A DNA stretch of 64,000 nt from Balanoglossus misakiensis (Eukaryota; Animalia; Hemichordata), in the NCBI GenBank assembly GCA_040954595.2, contig CM082595.2, forward strand, positions 5,482,137-5,546,136. The letters run 5' to 3'. The position numbers and the translations under genes are program-made. Below are positions 42,757 through 57,187 of the stretch, in pieces. Each line of letters opens with the position of its first letter. Within the stretch, counting starts at the first letter, position 1. Under the pieces are notes generated by a model. The model was not told the origin of the DNA, searched no databases, and was given only the letters and a program-made list of their open reading frames with translations.

Positions 42757-43707
42757 CCGTAGACTGGGCACCGTCATCCGACGGTAACTGTGACTCAGTG
42801 GGGAATAGTCCCTATAAGTCACTGGCCGCTCCAAGACAGGCTGGCGGCCTGCCCCCAAGAAACGACTTTTGATGGGTTGGTATCCTGTGCGTGGACGACT
42901 ATGGAGGACTGGTTCGCGTTTCATTTCTGGCCGGCGCTGTCTTTCAGGTCTTCGCCTGATTACAGGTTGCGGGGTTCTTTCCGTTGGGAGTTTTATCTTA
43001 GGTACGTACTTAAGTTCCGGAACTTTGTCTTTAACTGGCTTCTCCTCTCGTTTGCTGTCAGCTGCGACTTTTTTTGGAGCTTGGTCTTTGACTGGTTTCT
43101 CGTCAATCTGTGGTGTGCCTTTCTCAGGGGATTGGCCTGTGGTTGGCTCGTTTGCCTGTATGAGAATTTCACTCCGTACGACAAACCGTTCAGGCTTCTC
43201 TTCCTCCCTGGCGGGAGTTCCTTCATTTGATATGAATATTTCTAGTTCACTCTTAAGTGGTGGCTCTGCAACCTCTTTTGGTGTTTCAGTGTCTGCTTTT
43301 TTCTCAGCAAGACTTGGGCCCACCTTCTCTTCTTGGGCTTTTGCAACTTCCAGCAGAGTGGCCAGCTCGATGTTGACTTCCTTGAGTTCGATTTCATCTT
43401 TGTCGTCGCCAGCACCGCGATCTCCGCTAGCCTCGAGAGGATTGACTCCGCCCTTGTCCGAATCCACGGACAGGGACCTGCGAAGGCGACCGAACCTAGG
43501 GCTGCCTGGCGGCCCGACCTTACGGAGCGTGGGCAATTTGACATCGTGCAAGGATGCTGATCGCCGCGGCGATGGCAGTGGGCTCCCTCCGCCATCTTGG
43601 TCGGAACCGACGCTGCGAGGACTCAAGTCTCCGGGAGATGAGAGTCTTCGCCCCAGAGGATGCAATCCAAGATCCGCGGGTGGCTCACCTTTGAAAGCGG
43701 ACTCCCA
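42757..43707 (-). CDS. CROCC: Large (951 nt, 317 codons) phase 0-0 exon upstream of the rootletin core; low complexity, predicted disordered
   Basis: Acceptor tgtttag|TGG at 43707 and donor CGG|GTAAAT at 42757. The frame is open throughout (WESAFKGEPP...MTVPSLR) and in phase with exon 42183. Confidence 0.75.
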
Positions 43708-45593
43708 CTAAACATACACAACAAACGGGAATCAATTGCAACGTTTTCTGCCGAATTTTGGAATTCCACCACCATTCGGACAGTCAAGTGCCATTTGAGA
43801 ACAGATGCAACCAGATACAAGTATGAGTTACAAGACTTGCAGATTAAAGAGAATTCGCTTTCCTTCACAGAGAAAGACGTCACAAAGTCAAAAGAGATCC
43901 CATGGGGAATAATTACCACCTTCGGTGCTCAGAGAAACAATTACTCAAGAATGAAAAGCATGAAATAGCACAAGACAAGACCCTGAAGCACAGATGAGAC
44001 AGTAACATCAACCTGAGAAACCAATGTTATTATTACTTAGTATTATGAATGTAGGTCAAACTTGGCACTTTTGAGAAGTCCAGGTAAAGAGAGAAACCTC
44101 ACGTAGACTTATTGAAATGTAATTAGCCCCTAATTGGCTTAGTTTAAAACCGATCTGTAACTCGCTATGCTTGTGCCATACAATATTGATTTGCACCCGA
44201 AATACTTCTAACATGCAGGCGTATCTTTAGCTTCTCTGTTTAATAATTCACAACTTTTTAATCAAGGGCAGGCTTTTCGTTGTATATACACAATAGAGGG
44301 ATTGGGTGTTAGTTGAGAGATTAGCGACACCCAAGCGATTGAGGAACCCTGGAAGTATTTGGTAGCGATCGCGGTTTCATGATAAAATCGCGCCATTTAA
44401 AATTTGCCGAATGGCACTGTAAAATCAACACTACAGAAGTCAAAACAGGCGACTGCCCTCGCCTAAGGTATCACTCCATTTGTTTCAGTCGAATCCAATT
44501 GTTTCAAGGAGGGGTTATTTGCATATCAATGGACAGGTATGTGAGTCTATAATACGGCTGCCTGCTCAAGAGCTGGGGAGCTGCCTGTCGGGTACTATAG
44601 AAAGACAAATAATGAGCTCATCAGCCGAGTTCTCAAGCAAACTGTTTTATCAATACTGAACACTACTTCAGGGTGGAAAACATCACCATTATTCAGAGGC
44701 AATGACACTCAGCATATCAAAACTTAACTGGTGGGCATAGTAACGCACAGGGTAGTCATCTGTCCTGCCATGATTTCTGTTTTCTGATGATTGTTTTGTA
44801 AAAATAAAATATAATGTTGGAGAAAATATGAAGTCTAGACAGCCAGGGGGAAATGTCCCATGAAATCCTCTTTAAGATATTCATATCTCGGGTGCTGAAT
44901 CGCTACCTATGTTGTGTGATTGCTACATCAATGTTTATAGCCAATCCATAACATGTACTAATAAAACTGTGACTGTGAGAGAGATAAAATTAAGATTCTG
45001 ATATTCAACCCTTCTAGGCGCTGCCTGCAAGGTTATATCCTGATAAAAATTTCAACTTCAAATCACTACTGCGACGAAAGCTTGCATCTGGTCAGTCTAA
45101 TGCTGTTCTATTATTAATGACATATACACTATGTGTTAGAATGTAAGTTTGGCCACAGCTGTTTTTAAGGCAAAATATAAACTGTAAAAGCTGACTCAAA
45201 TCTGGTACTTAATCACAACTGTTTACGTCAGTGAGAAATAATTTTACTGGAGTTGCATTTATATTATAAGTGATATTATATCTCAGACTAAATTACTCAG
45301 CAATTGGTGACATGATGTTTTGCAGTCCTAAATAGAACATTTTGATGCATTTTCTGTTCCTGGCTGAATTTTTTTACTCGTGGTTTTCTTGGTCTCGAAA
45401 TAATAAGTTAGTTACTTAACTGCAATAAACGTTACTGGTTAAGTGAGGTACAGAAGGAATTTGGAACCTGTGCCAAGTTTGAACCTACAGGGAGAAGCTG
45501 GCGACTAACGGAGGAGAGCCTTAAAGGTGACAAGAAAGAAAGAACACCCCCAAAAAAATTGAAAGAAGAGGAGCAAAAGACAGTGCTACTTGC

Positions 45594-45656
45594 TTGCTGA
45601 ACCCGCGATTTCACCCAGCCTTGAGACGCTTTCGAAGAACCCGACTCGCTAGCCAT
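45594..45656 (-). CDS. Candidate alternative first coding exon of rootletin (MASESGSSKASQGWVKSRVQQ)
   Basis: Good Kozak-like context gccATGG. Possible phase-0 donors are CAA|GCAAGT or the earlier TGG|GTGAAA and CGG|GTTCAG. Confidence 0.45.
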
Positions 45657-48600
45657 GGCTTTGGACCGTCGAAGCTGAAAACCGAACGCTGCTTGCCCCG
45701 GGAGTAGAAAAAAACCTAGCGTGCTCTGCTCTGGGCTTCACTGTTTCAGCTATGCAAATGAGGGGTTAGAGTTTCCAAACGCAGGCAAATGGGCAATATT
45801 GATTGACCCCCCGACCATCTATTATCGGCAGAGACAAAAGAATACAGTGCTGTCGGTGTATTGGAGATCCAGAAGATTTTATTGACCTGTGGCGTTAAGC
45901 CGGCTGCCAATCTTGCGGCAGGTGCTTGGTCTTCCTTGCATGAAAGTAGCCATTCCGCTGAAGTCAAGACTCTCTCTCAGTGCAGTGTTCCCTTTCTGGC
46001 CATAGCAATTTTTCTCAGCTACCTGTGATGAAACTGCAGTGAGTAGTAGGAACACACTGATAGTTTACACGGCCCTAGTAGCAACCGGATGCCAAGTAGT
46101 CCCTGCTTTTTCACATGCAAATTACAACAACCAGTTGTGACAGACTTGATAATCGATCGAACAAAAAAAGCGTATGTATGCAAATCTAATACCTCTTCAA
46201 ATGGGAGCTGGCAGTAACATACGCACAGTAATAGTATATCACTGCAGTCAACCCTTTCCACTCTTAAAAAGTTTACACGTTATATGATCACTTTTTTTCC
46301 GAAACAACGTACACTTTGCGTCATAACAGATGCAAATTGTAAGATCATATACCTCATTATGAAGTCTGCTATTAAAACAGCAAACATTACGTGATTTCAC
46401 AATTGAGGTCCACTGTTGAGCAGTGTGAAAAACATTAGTGTCTTAGACAGCGCCCTCTTTAGGTTAGCATCATACATTGCCATGGCTACCAACATGGCAA
46501 CTTTGACCACTGGTCAGTTTCTCGGGAGGAAATCTTACAAAGTTCACGGTGGCAAAGTGAGCATTAAAAGCCTCTTCGAGTTCCACTTAGTGGAGCTCAA
46601 ATAACCATTGAAAGTTAACCTTATTACATGACCAACAAAAAAAGTGACTTCCCCAGGCCAAACATAATCGGGAGGGATTAATCTTCCCCACAAGGAGTAC
46701 AACAAATATGCCTTATTCTAAGGCAAACACAGCTACTGAGAAGAAGAAAAAACGGGATTAGGAGCAAAATGAAAACAGAGGGCTGGCCGGCTTCAAATCT
46801 GAAATGAACGACTTCAATTAAACTTGTTGGCTCCTTGCCAGCATCCTAGTGTTTGTTGCACACGCATTCTTCAGGTACCAGGGTCTCACAGGCCTGCACG
46901 ACCTTTGACCCAACAGCCGAGCCAGTGGTGGACGGCAGCGCAGAATGGTTGTCGCTGTGTGTCTCGGGCGAGCCGAACCAGTGGAACCATTCCAATTGCC
47001 ACAGGCTTTAACACAGAGTACAACAGCTTGGTTTCAGTGGCACTCCAGCGATGTCTGGTGGAATGCCATTATCATTGTCAAAATAGCCGAGTGAAGTCAG
47101 GTGAATAAAATACTCAAAGTCAGCAGACCAATACCATAAATCACACAAACTACACTTATCAGAAAATCAACCTCTACAACATACCACTATCAAAAACAGA
47201 TTTTTTCACAAATGTCCGCAGTAATGTAGATTGCCAAACAACCTAACCTTTTTTTGGCTCACAAGAGAGCAAAAAACCCAGTTTGAAAATATACATATAG
47301 GATATCTTATAATCATTAATTCCAACAACTGACATGTTTATATACATGCCAAAAATTCTGACAGATTTTTGGATCTAAAGCAAGGTAAACTTAGAAAATG
47401 TCTTAGCACTGTGGCTTTGAGTACAGACTCGGAATACTAGCTAATAGCATGAACAGCCCACACAGTGTAACCACGCAGATCAAATTTACACTCCAGTACA
47501 CAACTGTTAAAATGTACACAGAGAAAAAAAAGTCACCATCTACCTCTGCTAGTTTCTCCAATATCAAATTCAACCGAACGGTCGGATTTTCGGCCATCGT
47601 GCGACGCAGCGACGACTAGACGTCGCTTCAACGTTAGCACAATCTGCTCAGAGCCAGGCCGCAACAAAAAACAATGGGTGCTAAAAAACACAACTGAAAA
47701 CTCCGAGACAAAGCGTCTCGATGTACCGCATTTAATTAAGAATGGCTTTCTGGTATTATGGTTGGGAGAACAGACATTCCAGCTCAGGTTATGGGAACGT
47801 GATACCTTGCGTCAAGGTTTTTACCTCATTATGGTCAGGCCGGTGTACCTGCTGATAATCATAAAGGTTGTTTCTTTCATAGGATTGCAGAATTTGATGA
47901 AAATTCTCTGTGCCAATCGATATATAATTACACGTATGAAAAGACATTGAAGTTTTTGTGCGTAGTGGCAAATCCTAGAATGTCATAATGGCCCTGTTTT
48001 GGGTTTAACTTTGATGTTGTGGTGAAGTACGTACCAACACTGGAGTTCTGTATTCTGCGGTACACGTAAACAACCGACCGTAACTTGTTTAAAGCAGAAC
48101 TATCTGCTTTCGTATTTCAACTCAAAACCTGTTGAACACAATTATCACTGCTTGCCTTTCAAAGATCTCACACTCTACCAGAAGCAGATCAATTCTTTCC
48201 TTTCGCAGCGATAAAGAACGTTGACTTGGAAACTGTGTTGTCAATTGGATTCCGTTTGACACAATGCTTTATGAGCTTTTCCTGACTGGGCACGCTCAGA
48301 TCTGACAATCAATACCTCATTTTTTTTAAAAGAAACAATGACGACAGATCAATTCGAGCAATTTACCCCCCACAATAGGACGCTGTCACGTTAGTTAAGG
48401 TCAGTTTTGAGGACAGAAAAAAGGCTAGATGACAGACAAGTGCTTGGAGGTACTTAGAAACCCAGGCTTTGGTTAGGCCCTGGTTACCCATCCAGGCAAG
48501 GATCTATTTGAATAGTACAGGTTCATACATAATTGTTCAAGACATCGATCTCCTCACTCAATGTCACAGTCAAGGTCTCGAACAAAGACTCCTTTATTCA

Positions 48601-50024
48601 ATCCACCTTTTGAGGAACTCAAACAAATTGATGGAGTTAATTCCACAATGGCAGTTGACAGCTTAGTTCAAGACCCCCAAGTCGTATTTGTCTGTGCATA
48701 GATCCAACCATCCCTTTGCAAACTGTGGGACTGGATAAAACCACAGTGGCCAAAAAAGGGGCGACAGTTACGAGAAAACTCAAGAGATACAGCCTCATCA
48801 TTTGCTGTATCAAAGACCATATGTATTCCAAATTAAAATTTTAAAGTCCTTCCCACATTTGACCACTGCAACTATTAAGTTTGTCTGTCTCTATTTGCTG
48901 TTGACTTCCAAGGCAACCAATGAGATCAGGGATACCCAGTAACATACACAGATAGTGGCGCGTGATTTCTGATTAAATAGATTACTAAATACTAAATTTA
49001 TACTGAAATGTGCACTTGTAAAACAATGGTCTGGCAGAAAATGATTGTAACATAACATGGATGAAATATCCAAAATGTAATTTTTCCAAATTTTAGTATT
49101 ACCAGAAATGACAGTTACCACTAACCTATGAAAAGGATAAATTTGGTGCAATCAATGTGAATTTGATACTAGTATGTATGTTAGAATTAATAGATATAGA
49201 AGGGACCACAATATGAGCAAAGAGAATTTTTAATACACATGTACATCTAAATTCTGTTATATGGATGTATATCTTTTAGCATAGTGCACGATCACTAACA
49301 ATTTGGCATACATGTAAACCATCTGTGATTCCCCGATCAATTTTTACACTTTGGTGAAAATATGGTCCATTTTTATACACAATATCACATTATTAATTTT
49401 ATATATACACTAATACGATGACGTGCGGTGTTTATATATTTATAGCTTGCTGTTTCATTTCACTGAGATGATGGTTTTAATTTTGTGTCTGCAGCAACTA
49501 CATCAGTACAAACGAACTCACTAACCTTTCTATAAATGAAACAGAATAGAGTTGACTTGTCTGTCAATGTACAGTACATGAAAACAGTGAGAGCAACTGA
49601 TGGCCAATGGTTTTAAAATCTCATTTCAATAATATAATTGTAGTTATACCTTCTGTTGCACACAGGAAATGTTGACAGCCATGTTTCAATGCACTTATTT
49701 TTGCCTAATATGACAAAAATTCAATATTTTGAACAAAAGCTTATCAATTAATTTCAATATTGATTATTAGAGTCACGTATTTCAGAATGACATTTGAAAC
49801 ACATTTTCATTTCTTCATTGCCTGATACTTTTTGCAGATTTATATTTTTCCCTTCAAAATTAAAATAAAATGTCTGCCTGTTCTGTGAACACTGGTCCAT
49901 GCAGATGTCACCACAAGCTGCTGCATTGGAACTAATACCCACTGTATAAATACAACACGAATAGCCACGGCGACAAAAATCTATCACGACTGAATCTTTT
50001 TTTTTTTTAAATAAGGATATTTAC

Positions 50025-50153
50025 CCCAGAATCGAAGGTTTGTTCGCTGATAAGGTCAAGTTCGGGCAGTGAGTCGGCGTAGGAGTCGGTTTTGATGTGG
50101 GTTTCCACGCTGTACTGGGAATAGACTTCCGTGTTGCACGTATCCGTATCCAT
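50025..50153 (-). CDS. Candidate alternative first coding exon of rootletin (MDTDTCNTEVYSQYSVETHIKTDSYADSLPELDLISEQTFDSG)
   Basis: ATG to a phase-0 donor GGG|GTAAAT, 43 codons, with coding-like composition in AT-rich surroundings. Confidence 0.5.
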
Positions 50154-52197
50154 TTCTTGCTTGTCTGTCAGCCAACTGAGTATTGTGAGATACGCCAGCA
50201 TGCATTGAAGTCGCCACTGATTACTGATTGATGTCAGTCGGCGTGGTTTGTTCACTTTCTTCTGGTTATAGATCTCTGGTCTATTTCTGATGCCTGCCTC
50301 TCTTTTCTCCAGAAGTAATGGTGCTGTAAATTTGAGGCACCCAGCGATTCGCGCGTGGCTCTTTACAGACGACGATCAAACGGATCAGTAGCGGTGAACA
50401 AAACAACCGCTCAGTGTAATGCGATCAGCTGTGGTTGTTTTGTGACTGGTGTTTGGGGGAAGAGAGAGTGTGGGGGTCAACGTGGCACATGTAACAACTG
50501 TGATGGGATCATCCATTCACATGTAAAAAAAATCCATAGATGCCGTTTGGTGCGCTGGCTGCATTCCTGATGATGATGATGATGATGACATCATCTCTAC
50601 CACATTACCCAAGTTTTCCCACATTTTGTCGTCCATATCTAAGAATTGTCAAACTGGACCAATGATTTTATATAAATGTATTAAAAGGCTGTACTGTATA
50701 AACACAGACAAATGCCCATATTAGGAATGATGATTTCTCATACTCTCATCAATGTTGTCAGAGAAACAATCAAGTGATTGTTTGTTTCTTTGCTTCCATG
50801 GTTACTGTTGACACATTAATTCAGACAATGCTACAGTATACAACCCTGATTTACGCAATTTGCTTAATTAATTTGCTGTGCTCTCAACACGACAGGAAAC
50901 GCCCAGTGATGTAGGACACACTGTTCTTGACTACCAGTACTGCATGCTCTATGCAGACTACTCCAAAATAAAGGTTAAGTGCTTCTCCACAGCTAATGCG
51001 AATTAAAGAACTATAATAGCACGTCAGATAGGAAAGTACACAAATTATGTAATAATACACTGTTAGTTGTCAAAATTATGAGAAGCTAATCAAATTATTT
51101 CTTCCTGACTTTAGAATGTTAATTGGACTGTAGAGTGTGTCATTAAATTAGATTTTTTAGGTTAAGAATAGATTAATATCTGTTTTTACAGGTCAGTTGA
51201 TGCAGAGGTTTTTACATGATTAATCTTAAATACTTGGCTCTATGTATGCTTTCAAAGGTTCATACAATTGCTACTTGTATGAACTTCTCATGTAGCCAGC
51301 ACTTGACGTCACCCAGAAACTGTCACTCATATTTGGTATTTATTTACAATCTTATATCTGAATACATTTCTTTTCAAATTATTTTCATGTTACATATCAT
51401 TAAGTCGTAATGATGAATGCTCTGTAGACATTCATGTTCAGTTGCAATTGTGTAGGTCACATGAGAGATTAAATACGATTGGCTATTAGTTATCTGTCAT
51501 GCTTGTGTTAACAAATCAGAGCCCCTGTTTGTTCTTGAACACCATGCTTTGTGTTGCAACTTTGAAAAAATGAACGGAGGGGCCGTTAGTGTTAGGACCC
51601 ACATGCATACCAATTGGCAGCCAAGTTGGTTTCCAAGGGGACTGTTGATACTAGGGGTGTGTCACTGCCATAGCAACCCGCTGCCAGGGTAACGGCGAGG
51701 ACACATGATGGATGGTTGAAGTTTGTTTTTCCTTTTTCACCTGGGGGGTTCATTCCTGGGCAACTGTATCTCCGTGGCCAGGTGAGAATACACAATAGGA
51801 GACGGGTGTACAGGTTGCTATGCATGGTTCCACACTGTGATGGCGATAATAAAGATGGCAAACTTGACTGTCACTCAGATCAACTTTGCTAGATTGATGG
51901 CAGAAAACAAGTGCTGTACACAAATAACTGCCAGGTAACAATTCCTTATCCCTGATAGACCTCAGAGAAGCCCGCAACAATGGCTATACTGACAGCAATG
52001 TACACAAGCCGGTAAACCAGAATATCAATTACGATTTAATGGTCGTGTCTGCCGAGAACAACCACCTGTTGATTCAGATTGACTGGTAATGCTTTTCAAC
52101 CCGTATTCAATGTAAATGGATCAAACCGTACCATTGGAGATAATTGGATCGATCTAAGAATGGGTTCTGGGAGGGTGAAAGGGTTGTGTCAATGTGA

Positions 52198-52580
52198 CAC
52201 TTTGTTCGATTTGGCTGCAGGTTTGATGGTTGGTGAAAATTCGTCTAAGCTGCTGCTTGGAGACAACAGAACCTGTCTAGTCTATAGCAGAGACCTCAAA
52301 CCATTGACAGAGTCTCTATACTTTGTTAGATTTCGCTGCAGTTTTGTTGGGTGGTGAAAATTGTTCTAAGCTGCTTGGAGACAACAGAACCTGTCTAAGT
52401 CTATAGCAGAGACCTCAAATCATACATGAAGATTCTTTGGACAGAGTCTCTTTACTTTGTTAGATTTCGCTGCAGTTCCATTGGTTGCTAAATTGTTCTG
52501 TCTTGCTTGGGGACAGCAGAACCTATCTAGTCTACAGAGGCGACCTGGAACCATACGTGAGTTTGGACAGAATCTCTGAG
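52198..52580. repeat. Diverged tandem repeat, ~120-135 bp unit, ~3 copies
   Basis: Recurring gcttggagacaacagaacctgtcta...gacagagtctct...ctttgttagatttcgctgcag. Confidence 0.85.
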
Positions 52581-54182
52581 TACCCTATTCAGACACCGAC
52601 TGTCGTGACGTCAAATCAAATGAGTATACACTGTCTATCACATTCATGAACCAATCAGCCAAAGGGGCCCCTGGAACATTGTTCGTACTTTTTTTCAGTC
52701 ACCGTCCGTGTACTACAAAACTTCTGGGACAGGGATTTAAAGGGATTTCCTTAGCAGAGGGATCTCTTGTAATTGCCGTACGATGGTTGGTTTTCCCTTG
52801 AGTATTGCACAGGTATTCAACGTCTGTGATTGTGAAATTGGGCAAGGTCTAATCCAAGAGGCTCCTATCATGACATTGACACTATGTACTGGTGGTGAAT
52901 TCGTACATACACAAAGAGCTTCATTAGTTGAGGTGTCTTGTTGTGATTAAACTTAAGTGATTACGATTTCTCACAAACTGTATTAACATCTCCTGACTTG
53001 AAAACATATCTACTGTAATTTTGCTCTTACAATGAAATGAAACGAACACAGCTACGAAGATTGCTATACTCCGAAATGAAATGCCACTAGTTTTTGCCCT
53101 GTAATGATTAGGTTTCACTGCTCTTGAACAATCTACAAGTGTTAGCTGTCGGCATTCTGAGATTATGGCATTCTGGGTGAAACTGACACCATCAAGCCAA
53201 ACACGTATATCTCTTTAGATCAATTTATAAAAGGCACTCGTATAAACAAGCAAACACATTGAGGCACACAAACACAGGTATATACATGTACTTCTAGGGG
53301 TACGACCCACAGAAGATGCACTTGGTTCGAATGTGAAGGGTATTTCGTCCACCGACTGCAAGCCAAGCCTGCTGGGAATCTCTCAGCTCACTGGACAGTA
53401 GTCAAATTGACACAGCCTCTAATGTTTACACAGCCATCCACAGTCATATACAGGCCCTGCCAACGAGAATTACACTTCACTGGCATTGTAACTATGACTG
53501 GGAGTGCCAAACTGGTGTGTACACGTCCAGTTTTTACTGAGGTATATGTCACGAGATGATATACGTTGGAGACGTTTTATGCCTTGAGGGGAAAACAGTA
53601 CTCACTACATACATACAAAATTTTCTCAATTAATCAACCACAGCCGTCACCCAGTTTTGTTGTAGCAACCATCTGATCCACAGAAGCCCCCCTACTTCAT
53701 AATCACCATTTTCTTCTACAACTTTCAGCTAGATAAATTCTTTTTTTCCAACTCGAAGTACTTTCCTTACAAGCAAACATGAATTTCATGAACTAGACGC
53801 CCTAAACCCACTACAAGTTTACCGGTCACCATTCATGTTGTTTCATGTCGCACATAAAAATGCACTTGACGGGGCTCATAAAATCATAATCGAAGGAAAA
53901 GTTGTGTGCTTTAGTATCAGTTGGTCACTTTAAATCACACACAATCAAAGTTTGTAAAATATTTAACCGACAATGAAAATTTACAAACTTTTAAAGTTTC
54001 TTAATATCGATGTTAGAAGTTATGAATTACCCACGCTACTGACCAGATAGTATCATAATATGCAACATTGGATAAACTGATACAGCTATATTAGAGATCT
54101 CTAGCCCTTTGAGATAAGACGGCTATTGACGTTTCAGATAACCCCCTTTAAAGTTTAAAGGATCGAGTTACGCAGGCCTTAC

Positions 54183-54203
54183 CTGATAGTCGGTGGAAGT
54201 CAT
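54183..54203 (-). CDS. Candidate alternative first coding exon of rootletin (MTSTDYQ)
   Basis: ATG followed by a strong phase-0 donor CAG|GTAAGG. TATATAA (~54530) and CCAAT (~54570) lie upstream. Confidence 0.5.
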
Positions 54204-56422
54204 GCCAGAACACGCTGCGGGCCACTAATTTGAAAAACCAATGATACAGCAAAGGACAGCGTCCGGGGAAATACTATGGGGAAATGTTCTGAGCAGAATT
54301 CAAGACTCGCAGAAGGACGGGCACAAAAGCTTGGAGATAGTAGTCATAAACTTGGCGCATACACACTAGTGACACCTAGTAGCCGAGCGAGCAGGGATCG
54401 TAAATTACCCCGGGACCAATCAGAGATCGGGGAGGTCGTACACATTTATTTGTATTAAATCTCTCCACGGCTTGTTTGCATGCTTACAGACGCGGCTGCA
54501 AATCTGAACTCGTGCCAAGTGAAATACATTATATAAAAGGGGGTGCAGTTGGGTTGGCGTATCTCGCCCAATCAGAATTAATGATCAAAAGCTTGCTTTT
54601 ATGAGTTATCAAAATTTCCCCTGACAAAGTCGGGGCATTCACAAGATACTACTACTAGTACAAGGGAAGAAACTACTTTTGACGTTCAAACTCCGGGAGT
54701 TGTTCAATCCAGGAGTTATTCACGCCACTTCAATGGAATTGTGCCATTGTAAAGGTTACTGTGGCAAGCTCATACAAAGCACTGTCGTCGGTTGCTATGG
54801 TTACAACCCGACGCTACCGCATGCATTCCACAGTCAGTCAGCACAACAGAATGGCCTTGTCATAATTGCTGCTCTGGCAGCAAACTTCTCTCTGTCCAAG
54901 ACGGAGAGCGAAGCGAAAAACACAATGCGTATTGTCTCCGTCTCCAGAACAAAAAAAGTAACTGCATAGCACCCCCTTGGGAAAGAGTAACATTTAATTA
55001 CGAATATTCCCTGAAGACTTCGAAACTTGTGGTTAAATAGAAACTTGATATTCACTGAACAGCAGTGAAATCTTTACCCTCTCTCCATGAATGATCGAAA
55101 TTTAGAATATTTTCGGTTGTCTGTTTAGTCGGCTGTGACGAAGTTTAAATTTTTTTAAAAAATATAACAAATCATGATTTTTAATTCCACTGATTAAGGC
55201 ATCAGATCTACAGATTAAAAAGTAGGAATTACTTTTCTTTATCAGCAAGATGCTTATTTTTAACAGTGGGTTCTCAACAGGGGTCATGGATTACACGGCA
55301 GGAACATCTATTAGAAATAATTGCTGGCCACAAAAGAAAAATCTGTTGACACACAGTGGTACTAGAAGTTCCCCCTGGTTAAACCGCCACAAAAGATCCA
55401 TGCAGATTTTTTCAAAAGACACCTGAAAACAGTCACCACTGAACCGCAGTACTGGTGTTGTCCGTGCGTCCCGTGAACCCTTTCCGCACTGTTCGACTCC
55501 GTGGCAATCCAAAAATTCGTACAACAAAAATTTAAATGGCCAGTTAAGTTGTCACGTTTCTGAAGTTTTTGACCCACACACTCGCATTGACACAAACTAT
55601 GCAGTGATCTCATTGCCGTAACTGAACTTGGGACAAGTCCAAACAATGCAGTCGAGAAACTGGGTAGTGAATTTGCATATTTTATCATCACCGGAGCCTC
55701 GCTTTCGAACACGCGGGAGCTGCAAACATGGCGTTCGCAACCCTCGCCGTTGTCATGTAAACACATTTTTAGAAGTGGTTTATCTCAGTTAAAAACACCG
55801 AAAGAAAAAGAAAAATCAATTTTTCTGAGGTATTATAAAGTAATTATTGGGATAACGAAAAAATCCGCCATTTTTAGCGTCATTTTCTTGCAATTAACGA
55901 CCTATCTCGGCACCAGTCATTACGGTGATTTACCGCGCTACGACAGGCCAATTTTCAGCGAACGGGTAAGGGGTCAAGGAGGTCGTGAGCCATCACGATA
56001 TTTCAAACACATGATTTGGAAAGTTCAAAGGTACTTCAGTCCAAATATGGGAGTAGTGCCGCCTTGCAAACGCAAACGACGCAGTGTTTACTGATCAAGG
56101 TCACGTACTTCCGGGTTTCGATGTTGCGCGCAATGTGTATGCGATATGCGTTGTAGTTAGTCCTGCGTACAGGTCTGTAGGTTCCCGGCGTTAATTAAAG
56201 TGAGCTTCGCGCAAGCCGCCCGGCCGCGATGCGAACCACACGACGTGGGCTAAAGGCCAACCTGCACGACCCAGTCCACCAGGGCTACAATTATTGCGGC
56301 TACGGTTATGCGAAATACTGACTCTCCTTGCAAGTCACCGCGTATGTTGCATGCCCCCCCCCCCCCGCCACGTACAGCCACACAGTTAGTAACATGCCCC
56401 CTGGCAAATACATTTGCTAGTT

Positions 56423-57187
56423 TTACCCAGCAATTTCATCATCACTGTCAAGGTTATCATCAACTTCGAGAACATTTTCTTCTGGCAAATCATATTCCTG
56501 TTCATCCTCAATAATTTCTTCTATTTCACAATTTGTGATTTCATTATCATCATTATTGGTTTCTTCTTCAATAATTTCATCAGTTTCTGTCTGCAGTTCC
56601 CTGCCCTTGTTGTTGTTGTTGTTGTTCACACAGTTCAGGCAATTACAGCCTGGGCCACACATCATGCCCTTCTTTTTTCATTTACATGTATTATTCTTGC
56701 ATCCTGTTTTCTTACATTTACACCCTTTTGTGTAAAACATCACACGCTCTTGAACCTGCATATTTTCCACAGAATCCCACAGTATATTTATTTTCCCATT
56801 TTCCACATTGTATCCTGAGTTTTCATAAGGAGGAAGTGTAATGTGATGTTTTAGAGGTCCTGACATTTTGCACACAGACCGCAGCGATTTTTTAAACTCT
56901 TGCAGTTGATTACACACTGTTTTTATTTGTTTCACTACATTATTTTTAACTTTACACTTATCCCGCATTTTTTTAATACAAATATTATATCGATGCTCTG
57001 CCAGTCGTACAAATGTGGAAATATGGTACTTGTAAGCTTTGTAATTATTAAATGAAGGCTTGCTAGCACTTTTAAGCCTTGCATTTAAAATATTTGCAAC
57101 TTTTGTTTTTATTTCAGTTGAGTTTGTATACAGAACCTTGTTTTTTTTCCACTTCAGAGCAGGTTTTGTTAATTTGCAACAGTGCAT
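56423..57187 (-). pseudogene. Decayed transposon-like ORF with a C-terminal Cys-rich (CXC/Cys8-type) zinc finger and acidic tail
   Basis: ORFs 56678-57187 and 56423-56665 are in the same frame, separated by TGA at 56680-56678: ...ILWDSVENMQVQERVMFYTKGCKCKKTGCKNNTCK*KKKGMMCGPGCNCLNCVN followed by a D/E-rich tail. Composition differs from the host exons. Confidence 0.6.

Noticed and set aside
17635-43711. Many plus-strand Ser/Leu-rich ORFs, e.g. 42869-43711
   Set aside because: They are antisense shadows of Glu/Gln/Lys-rich rootletin exons.
56678-56680. In-frame TGA at a Cys position read as selenocysteine
   Set aside because: I could not identify a SECIS element by eye and the context looks like a decayed transposon. 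A single nonsense change is simpler.
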